A stretch of 61,651 bases of DNA, counting the filler, from Sphacelaria rigidula (Eukaryota): the NCBI GenBank assembly GCA_964200075.2. It is 7 parts of 7 records of this genome, joined end to end, with 100 filler letters (N's around TTAATTAATTAA, not from the genome) between each part and the next. Parts side by side here need not be neighbours in the genome. Positions count along the whole stretch, not along the records: positions 44,110 to 52,830 come from CAXNAA020010278.1; positions 52,931 to 61,651 come from CAXNAA020010279.1; 5 more parts are not named here. One strand, given 5' to 3'. The translations under genes and the position numbers were made by a program. Under the pieces are notes generated by a model that worked only from the letters and a program-made list of their open reading frames with translations, was not told the origin of the DNA and did not search any database. Positions 52,670 through 61,651 of this stretch are shown piece after piece (the first letter of the stretch is position 1; each line of letters starts with the position of its first letter).

Positions 52670-52830
52670 CAGGATGGTTCACGGTGATCACCAAAAATTG
52701 TGTCATCAGCAAATGCCCTCCGCAATACGCACCCAATAGTCGCGTATATGGTATCATACTGACCGCAATGAAGAGACGAAGAGCCTGACATGGCCGGATT
52801 TTTATTTAAGGCCGTAGCGGTGGCGCTATG
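52670..52830 (+). mobile_element. Left end of family A element, cut by scaffold end
   Basis: TA|CAGGATGGTTCACGGTGATCACC... is colinear with 10571-10727. Confidence 0.85.
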
Positions 52831-52930
52831 NNNNNNNNNNNNNNNNNNNNNNNNNNNNNNNNNNNNNNNNNNNNTTAATTAATTAANNNNNNNNNNNNNN
52901 NNNNNNNNNNNNNNNNNNNNNNNNNNNNNN

Positions 52931-53390
52931 GCTCGCAATCAATCACCAAGCGCGAAGCACCGTGGTGTGTTCGGCGAGTCGCAGGAAGGGTGAGCTGCAT
53001 CCTGCTGAGATTGTTTGGCCCGAAGCGTACTCATTATCTCACATTTGGATGACAGCCTCCAATGAATTGTTTCATTTTCTGGTATCGCCACCTCCAGAAA
53101 GAGCCACAGCTTATACACTGCCTCATGGATGTCTCACCATGAAGAGACTACGTAGTACGATCATCCCCTTTGCGCGGAGTTGAGGTTCTCCCACCTCGCA
53201 CAATATGATCTAGCTCGACCACTATCATGGTTACCGCAAAAAACGTAAGCGCGCCAAAACAATCGGTGACCTGGTTGCCTAGCTTACGCAGTGAGTGGCG
53301 TGTTTTACAGCGTCAGCGTCAACCGACGCCAACCCCATCGGGGGTCCGCCCCTACAAAGCCGGGACGGAGCACGCCGGGTTTTCGACGGA
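52931..53390 (-). repeat. Unclassified dispersed repeat, second copy
   Basis: Reverse-complement homology to 40546-40970. Confidence 0.8.
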
Positions 53391-53630
53391 CCACCCTATA
53401 AGACATGGGGGACGGGGTGTTTGATTTCACGAAAACAGGCTCATATGTGTGTCTGACGACCCCAACACATTGGCTGCTCTTGTAATAGTGTGAAAACGGT
53501 GTCAAGCAGTATGAATGACTGTCTTACAGGCAACAAGCGCGTTTGAACCAAAGTTGCTGCTCTCAACGGTTTGACGTGAAATCTTATGGAAGAAAAATAG
53601 CCCTTAGCACTCGCCCTGCCTGCCGTAGCA

Positions 53631-55300
53631 TTCTGGACGTGCAAAAGGCTCATGGCACAGTATGGAGAAATGGGCAGTGGAAACGGTTGTGGAAAACTGG
53701 GATCAGGGGGAAAATATAGAGAATAGTGAAGAAGATCACACAATGTGCCAAAAGTGCTATGATGCAAGACGGGGAAACATCGAAATATTGATATCTCACG
53801 AGGAGTTGCACAAGGACGTACGTAATCACCCACTTTGTTTGAGGTATTCATCCATGACCTAATATTAGCAACAGAAGCAGCAAAGCAAGGAGTTGAGGTG
53901 GGTAAAGATGTGGTATCAGGATCGATGTTCGCGGATGATTTTGTGGGGATTTCAGGAACAGCAGAAGGATTACAGAAACAGACAGACAAGACGCTAGAAC
54001 ACACTAGGAGATGGAGAGTGACAACAAACGTTAACAAATGCGTGATATTCGTCTGCATCGAAGATAAGAAAATCCGGTAGAGTTCACGTGGAAGTGGGTA
54101 GAAGCGGAATTGCCGGTCGTAGACCAGTATACATACCTTGGCGTAGAGATCTCAACACACTGTTTTTGGTATGCATACATAAATAAAGTAATAGGAAAGG
54201 GTAAGACACAGATAGACAGGATGGACGTGATCCTCAGAGACTCGCACCTAGATACTAGGATTAAGAGATGTATCCTGATTGACGTGATTCTACCAAAGCT
54301 GGAATATGCGGAAGAAGTATGGGAGGGGAGCGGGAAGTTGGTGAAGAAGTTAGAAACAGTACAGATGGCAGCAGCTAAGAAAGTACTTGGATGCTCGAAA
54401 ACGACGAGTAATACAGCGTTGAGAGCAGAGTTGGGAATGTACCCACTCAAAACAGAGACATGAGAAAACTGCGATGGCAATAGAGCGTAAAGAATATGCA
54501 GAGAAAGCGATTGCCAGCTATACTTGATAAGGGCGTATGGAAGAAAATTACGAAAGGGTAGGCTGAAATAAGATGGCATAGACAAGTCGAGAAAGTACGG
54601 AAGGAGATAAGGGGGGGGGAAACCAAGACGAAATACTGTCTATAGGTGAAGGTGCGGGGTACAAGACAAAAGTAAGAGACATGATAGAAATAAGGGAAAA
54701 AGGGAGCGCTCAGGCGCAAAGTAGACGAGGAAGAGCACCTAAAGATAGACGGGGGCTTGGTTGAGAAAGGGAATAGGGATGTCAACATATCTGCATGGCC
54801 CAATGGATGCTGCGAAACTTTCGAAACTGCAATCTCGGGTAAGGGACCTGGACCTGCCAGAAAGAAGAAATAGATTCACCAATAGTCGAAAGGGGGAGGA
54901 AGCAGATGCACACAATTACCCCTGTGGCGAAGCAATAGAGAGCAGAAGTGATATAGTTGCAGAATGTGCACTGTACAAGGAGAGACAGGACGTGCTAGAG
55001 GGGGAAATGCGGGACGTGAGCGAAGGTGGCATGAAATCGTTTGATGCATTAGACAACAGTAGCGAAAGAACGATGGCTATACTAGGAGATAGATGGTGGC
55101 CACAGACGGCGACACAGGACGGGCATAAGATATGTGAAAGGTTCTTGTGTAATTCATCGAAGAAACGTCATGAGCATCCACATGTTGAAGGCGTCTCTAT
55201 TAGAAGTAGGAACGGTGCTCCGTTTCAAAAGGGATCCGTGCACAATAGCCAAACGACTGAGGCAAGCAACGAATGTGTACGCTCCCCTCCCCCCCCCCTC
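53631..55300 (+). mobile_element. 5'-truncated non-LTR retrotransposon (LINE) with decayed reverse transcriptase
   Basis: LDVQKAHGTVWRNG, GVAQG..SPTLFEVFIHDL, MFADDFVG, NVNKC, YTYLGV, PKLEYAEEVW, ALRAELG, then a Cys-containing C-terminus, ILGDRWWPQ and a C-rich tail. Frameshifted. Confidence 0.94.
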
Positions 55301-55616
55301 CCGTAACATAACTCTGACACAGAAATGACAGCAAGAGTTCCTGAGAAATCCAAGCTGAGAATGGTCAAGAGAGCGACCAGCTTTGTACCTGACTAAAAAC
55401 AAGTAGGAAGAGGTGGGGGCAACACGAAACCGTTATGCCACTGTCTAGTCCTCGCTTGTCAACGTATTTCCTTGGCTAGCAACCTTTGCGATGCTGACTA
55501 CTGGTGCTGCAGAATAGGTTCTGCTCTGTAAGTAGGTTTCAATCTCTTCTTTGGTTTCCAATCTTGCGCTGTTTGTCCCTCCCACTCTTGCACACGTCGG
55601 ACAGATCAGCTCCCTG

Positions 55617-55975
55617 TAGCTCGAGCTAACTTTGTTTTAGCGTAGCTCCCTAGTGAGCTATGAGAGCTGCATGAGCTACGCATGTTTGCCCTAGGTGGGC
55701 GACAAACCCGTAGCTCATCAGGTCATATCCGCCGTGAGTGAGCTATGAGAGCTGCATGAGCTACGCACGTTTATCCTTGATGGGCAATGAGAGCTACATG
55801 AGCTAAACATGTTTGCCCTCGATGAGCTATGAGAGCTAGGTGGGCTACGCATAACTGCCCTGGGTGAGCAACCGGACGTAGCTCACCCGCGCATATTTGC
55901 CCTGGGTAAGCTGTGAGAGCTGTATCAGCTACGCACGTTTGCCCTGGTTAAGCTAAACAGCTACGGGAGCTACGC
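55617..55975. repeat. AGCT-rich degenerate tandem repeat
   Basis: Recurring GAGCTATGAGAGCTGCATGAGCTACGCATGTTTGCCCT units. Confidence 0.85.
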
Positions 55976-56751
55976 CGATTTTGGAGTTGTTTCTGTCCCG
56001 ATACTCATGTACGTTCATACGTGAAAACGAAGCACCTCATATCGATTACCGTTTTCGGCCGACGGCAATTCCACCGCTCTAAAGTGACTTGCTTGTTATA
56101 TACTCCCCAAACAGACATGTTGTCGCCACAGGAAGAGGCGGACGTGTTCTGGACTGGTTTTACAGCGCGGTGACTCAAATTCCCAAAAACGAACGAGCAC
56201 GTGTCTTTTTCACATATCCTAACGCTGGGAGAGAGATCTCGATGTTTTGGCGGCGGTTCTCCACACTCAAATCAAGTGATTCGACCAACGAGTTTACTAG
56301 ACAAGAACTGCATGTTCTCTGAGCCATACACACGTGTTTGGTAACATACGCTTGCTTTTCCTCATGAATTTTCCACCCACTAACGACTTGCTTTGATCCT
56401 GCACACCTTATCGTTTCGCTATCTACCCACGCGATAGGCTTAGCCTGGGAAAAATGATAGTAAGGAATGATCATTGTGCCGCACCTCCACGTACGCTTGT
56501 TTGAATATTGGTTTCCGGAGGGTGAACAATGCAACAAAAACCATCCAACTCACTCTTTGCGTCGCCCAAAACTACAGTACACACAAGCAGACACTACAAC
56601 AGGTTCCAAGCTCACGAAGAACCCGGAATCGGTGGTTTACAACGCTCAACCCCACACTGAAAATGTACCGAAGTGGGTACTGTATGCCCAAAAGTAGAGT
56701 CGGGAGAACGAGAAACAGCGTAGGTACTGCCATGACAAAATAGACGCTCAC

Positions 56752-56829
56752 CACCCCAACGAGCGACGTTGCCCGCGATGAAGGTCTCGCCATGCATCAC
56801 AACGGAGCTAAAGTAAGCATAGATGGCGC
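56752..56829 (-). CDS. Pmp-like repeat protein, exon C
   Basis: tctgcag|GC GCC ATC TAT...GGT G|gtgagc, 78 nt, phase 1/1. Translates (G)AIYAYFSSVVMHGETFIAGNVARWG(G). Confidence 0.85.
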
Positions 56830-57324
56830 CTGCAGAATGAACAGCAGCAAGCTCAAGTAAACGGGTTAGCTTCTGGCGTATGTATAGATATTATTGTGTC
56901 AGTGATACTGTGATGGCCCATCGCTCTCCATCGTCTCGCTGGTACTTTGCAAGGAATAACCCTACAGAGTTACTAAAGTGGTTTACCGTACGGATGCGGA
57001 AACAGATGCTAGAAACCCCGCCCGGAGGTGTTGACAACAAACCGCTGACAGGATAGCATGGCAGCGCATTTGGGAATGGGCGTTGGTGAATAACCAGTTA
57101 GTTGTACTTCGGTCTCAACTCAATCAGCATCGGCGATCTGCGCTGAGATTTGAAAATGTAAGGAGACTCCATTAAAAAAATGCAAATAGAAGCGACTGTG
57201 ACAGCTCTTGTCTCGTAACGGCTTACACTGCACTGCACGAGAAGCACACCACTCATGTGCCTTCCGGCGTGACTACCTCGCCTTCGCGCTCCTGAGCGAC
57301 AAATGAAACATCGACATGTCTTAC

Positions 57325-57414
57325 CTCCAAAGTTTCCTGCTGTATTTGCCACAAATTCAGTGATCCCATTGAAAATCATATCGCCCGCTTCCAGCACGGA
57401 CGCGGATAGTGCGC
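57325..57414 (-). CDS. Pmp-like repeat protein, exon B
   Basis: gacag|GC GCA CTA...GGA G|gtaaga, 90 nt, phase 1/1. Translates (G)ALSASVLEAGDMIFNGITEFVANTAGNFG(G). Confidence 0.85.
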
Positions 57415-58053
57415 CTGTCCCCCAGTGGGTATCGGAAGTAGGCCGGCATTAACATGTGAAAACAATCTTGTCGTACACTTCAAGTCGAGGTTTTCAAGCC
57501 GCTATACCCAGGGAACATGATGACGGGCCTCAAACGGTAGGCCGTTTCGTGCGAAAATAACACGCTTGAAATGAGGACAAACGGCATGCGACAGGGCATG
57601 ACGAGAAACCTTTTACATCAACCAACCGCAGTCAAAGAATTATGCTCGCATGTGAATTCCGAAACGCTCTCCTCCGTCAAGGGCTGAGCTCCCGGATGAA
57701 AGCAGATAGAGCTCAAGGCATACAGGAAATATGTATCTTACACAGCGTGCACAGCATGTCACTACTACGATTTGAATCGATACAACTTAGCCGTGATTCA
57801 CCTTGACATCACGGAAGGCAATCGCCGCGCAACATTCAGATGTTCTCCCGTCAGATATTTCACACACTGATCGTTTTAACGATTCGTCCGGGAAAAGGAA
57901 TACCTCAGCACGATACTACCTGGGAATCGAATCGCTCGTAATCTGTCCTGGAGGGCAACGTCCCCGATCTATGAAAGCACGATGGAATGCTTCTGGAAAA
58001 TTTCAGAGTTTTTAGTCTGGGCTTGTTATCAATTGCAACGTCCCTCGGTATAC

Positions 58054-58137
58054 CTCCACTTCCAGTTGCGCTGTTGTCGATGAAGTGCGTATGGCCGTCC
58101 ATGACGAGTCCAGTATTCCGTCCGACCGATATCGCAC
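58054..58137 (-). CDS. Pmp-like (GGAI/FxxN) beta-helix repeat protein, exon A
   Basis: ggcgcag|GT GCG ATA...GGA G|gtatac, 84 nt, phase 1/1. Translates (G)AISVGRNTGLVMDGHTHFIDNSATGSG(G). Confidence 0.85.
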
Positions 58138-58629
58138 CTGCGCCAAATATATATAGTATATATATATAATATTTCGAACCCACGAGCATGAGGCATACTT
58201 TGTAACGAGGCGTCCACGAGATTCCATGCTGATTTTACTGTGCAAGCTCATCCGCACCCGCCCCGGGAGATGACTGTTCGGGCCAATGCCAATGCTAGGG
58301 GTCCGGTTAGCGGATTCGTACTTTACTTTGTGCGGGGGTACACGTGCGTTCGCGGCCGTTCGAACGGACGCGCGATCGCGGTGGTCCTACAATATTTCCG
58401 GCGGGCATGAACACTATTTCGAGAGAGGATATATTCTTACGAGGGCTTCCACGAGGGCTTGGCAAGGCAAGAATACCGAGACCCTCGAAAAAGACGGACG
58501 GGACCGGGGCGCAGCCCCGGGTCCCGTGCGGCTTATATTTATATCAATTATCTGATTCATCTTTTTCGCCGTTGAAGAGTTTTTCATCTTTTTCACTTGA
58601 TTTTAGACTACCTTTTTTCGCGCCCATTT

Positions 58630-59420
58630 CATTCTCCCAGAAGCTCTGAGAACGCAGTATTGTCTCTTACTTGATTTTAGAGTACGGCGAAATGGTGTCA
58701 TTCGGTCCTTCTCAGAAGCTCAGAGAAGCGAGCATGAGTACAGCGAAACGGGGTCATTTCGTTCTCTCGAGCTCCGACAAGGCAGCATTACATTTCAAGC
58801 AAGGCAGCATTACATTATTTCCGTTCAGGAGGATTCGGGAACATCGCTTCTTTTTTCCTCGGCGTGGCGGTAGACCCCTACAGGCCTTTCAATCGCTACG
58901 CCGTTTTGTACGTTTATAACTGTCAGAATCGTTGCCAGAAGCTCTGAGACAGGTGCAAGTTCTTTTACTTGCTTTTAGATGACGGCGAGCACGAGTCGCG
59001 AACTCTCCCAGTGTACAGAGCAGAGCGTCTGTGCTCACAAGCTCATAGAGGCGAGCATTTGCTCTTACTTGATTTTACAGTACAGCGAAACGGGGTCATT
59101 TCGTTCTCTCAAGCTCTCACAAAGCAGCATTGTGTCGGCCCCTACTTGTTTTGCCCGTGCTCACCGTACCTGTCTTGATTTTTAAAAAAGATAAAAATAC
59201 GAGCATTGCATGATTCCTCTTCAGGAGGTTTCGGGAGCATCGCTTCCACCGCAGTGCTCTGCATGGTGTTTTCCGCCTTCTTTCCTTGCCATGGCGGTAG
59301 TGGACCCTTCGTGCGTCCATGTCACATCGCCCACAGGAATGTCAGAATCGTTCCCAGAAGCTCTGAGACAGGTGCACTTTTTCACTTGCTTTTAGACAAC
59401 GGCGAAACGGGGTCTCTTTG
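58630..59420. repeat. Degenerate ~420-nt tandem duplication with sub-repeats
   Basis: TGTCAGAATCGTT(G/C)CCAGAAGCTCTGAGACAGGTGCA at 58921 and 59340. TTACTTG(A/C)TTTTA and CGAAACGGGGTC motifs recur. Confidence 0.8.
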
Positions 59421-59692
59421 TGACCCTTTGACCGTCGGAGATGCCATCTCTTACCGTAATCAGGACACTTGAAAATTGAATCAGAATGGATGGGTTGTGC
59501 GGGACGACTCTCCGTCCAATCTCGGCGCACATGGGAAGCACATTGTGATCTTGCCCGCATGTCGAATCATCTCGACTGTACTTCCCTCTTCCTGTCTCTG
59601 GACTGCTGTTGTTGCCGCTTCTTCTGCTCTGCCATACATGCGTTTTTTCGTCATGAGGTGCCGGCTTCTATTTTTCACATTTTTGTCAGCAG

Positions 59693-59830
59693 ACGGTCGC
59701 TCTGATGGCTCAGTCGGTAACCCCCAAACCTCATGGCGGTTGGGTTGTCGGTTCGAATCTCAGTGCAATCACACGATCTGGAAATTTATCTCACACCATC
59801 TTCAACAGTGGACGGCGACTGCAATGTTTT
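59693..59830 (+). mobile_element. tRNA-derived SINE family 1, diverged partial copy
   Basis: TGGCTCAGTCGG and GGTTCGAATC boxes plus the shared body. Confidence 0.7.
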
Positions 59831-61651
59831 CGTGAGATTGAGTAAAGCGCTGATTGAGAGTGGTTCTGACTATTCGCTTCAACGAAGCCAGTTTTTCATT
59901 TCGTGCGTGCTTTTCTTCGCCTTTAGCACTGACGTGTGCATACAGCTATACGTCGATATCTTGCTCAGGGGTATCAAGGGTCTCAGTGGCAAGCTCCTAC
60001 AAAGAGAGCATCTTGAACCTCGTGGAGGGGCATTTCGGAACTGAAACGATTCATTGACTAATTGACCGCTTTTCACTCTTAATCGGAGGCGACTTCACCA
60101 CTCGGTAGTTGACAGATATTCTCGGAAACTTATGGTTTGTGCAGGTGCTGATGCATTTCGAATAACACTAACCCCAACCCTAACCCTAACCCCAACCCCA
60201 ACGAAGACATACCACGAACCCTCGGGCAAGGGGGGTGCAACATATTCCCTAGGGAAAGTGTGCGTTGCCAGATCTCAAATCGGCTAGACAAAAACGCGCT
60301 CTGCGCACGCTCGGAGCACGTCAGGAGCTTGGGTCCTCCAAAGATCCGGATTTCTGTGTCCACACTAAAATCCACACTGCACCTGTCCATAAACCATAAA
60401 TTTCCGAGAACTATCTATCAACTACCCAGTGGTAAAGTCTAATGAATTTGTGAAGACCAAGTAACTGATGCCGATTTAAGAACAGATAACCTATCATGGC
60501 GGTCAAATGGTCAAATTCGTTGCCACTATATGGATTCTTGGTTTGTGGGGGCGGTCAGTTCCTCAGGTTCACTTTTGATTGTGATGCGTTGTGTTGAGCC
60601 TTCGCACAAACTCATAATCCATGTTGCTCTTCGGACTGAAAACGGAACGAAAAAACGTTTTTTTGAAAATCGAACCGGCATCATGCTCATGAAACACTCC
60701 GAAGACATGACATTTTTTTCCCGCCGCTTTCTTTCAACCATTTGACGGCGAAAATGAGGCAATCTGTTGAAGTGGCATCAATTTCACTCAATAAAGGTGT
60801 CCATCATCCAGATTTGCTACCGTGCTCAGTCCATGAGCTGACACAACGCACACAGCTATCACCGGTGCTCATGTACCTTGGCTGTCGATCCACTGATTGT
60901 GGCGGCGAAGCCGGAGAAACGCCACGTTGCGGTTGTCGTGTGCTCAACTGTCCTGCTATTTCTGGAGCCTGTTTCGTACAATCGGTCATGTCTGTGATGT
61001 TAAATCCGGGGTTGTCCGTGTTTCGGGAGATATCGGTCGGTGTCGGTGTTCTTTGCTGTTAATGGACGGCTTTCCCACGACGGGATAGTCTGTCATGTTG
61101 AATGCGTGGTCGTCGTTTACCGTGTTTTGGGGGATATCGGTCGCTACTGTTGGTCGATTATTGTCTTACCTCTTCCGTTTCTCTTATATATCCACTACAT
61201 TGCGGGTATTGCCTGCTTCGTTCTTGCCCACGAAGGAGGGGGAATGGATATTTTATGCCTTTTCAGTTGCTGTTTCTGAACCCTGTTCCGTACGATGGGC
61301 GTTTCTGCGGTGCAATAGTACTGGACTCATGGTTGCGAACACTCGTGTGTGTCCGTCGCAAGTCTTTGTGTCCCCGGGTATCGGGTTCCATTTCGTTGCT
61401 GTGGGTGAAAAACGTAAATGAGTGTCTTCGTATCTGTTCTTCGACGGTGGAGGTAGTCTGTTGCCCGTTCTACCGTATCGGTACAATCGTCAAGACATCA
61501 TTAAGCCTCTTCTTCATACCCTGCCCCCGGGACACGGGTCTCCATATGCACACAGCGCAATATACTGCACTTGAAGCTATGATCTGTTCCTTCACCTAAT
61601 GCGAGCAACGATGACCGCTCCTCATGTACCTTGGCTATCGATCTCATTGAG

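Noticed and set aside
60168..60201. Telomere or telomeric insertion (CCCTAA)n
   Set aside because: Only about two perfect units within a short degenerate run, internal to the scaffold.
1..61651. Integrated phaeovirus/NCLDV or prokaryotic defence island
   Set aside because: No viral hallmark genes, operon-like structure or dense intronless gene blocks other than retroelement ORFs.

Overview
Eukaryotic, intron- and repeat-rich DNA, inferred to be from a brown alga or related stramenopile (plastid-type enoyl-ACP reductase, Pmp-like GGAI/FxxN repeat exons, WxDD-type Gypsy). The window is not one locus. It is seven scaffolds (8723, 8722, 8722, 8721, 8721, 8721, 8721 nt) sorted by length and joined by artificial 100-nt N44-TTAATTAATTAA-N44 linkers, so adjacency across a linker has no biological meaning. 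Genes I could splice by eye with consistent phases: three exons of FabI/ENR (scaffold 2), four exons of a folate-biopterin (FBT/BT1) transporter (scaffold 6) and three one-repeat-per-exon Pmp-like beta-helix exons (scaffold 7). Most other recognisable sequence is transposon-derived: a decayed chromodomain-bearing Ty3/Gypsy element, a decayed hAT transposase, five pieces of one LINE family, two tRNA-derived SINE families, three TA-flanked Tc1/mariner-type non-autonomous families (one Stowaway-like), a hAT-type MITE, a ~670-nt near-palindrome and several minisatellites. I found no CRISPR array, rRNA or intact tRNA gene, and no clearly novel system. The best candidates for follow-up are the modular Pmp-like exon cassette, the long hairpin and the apparently terminal-repeat-bounded small element.
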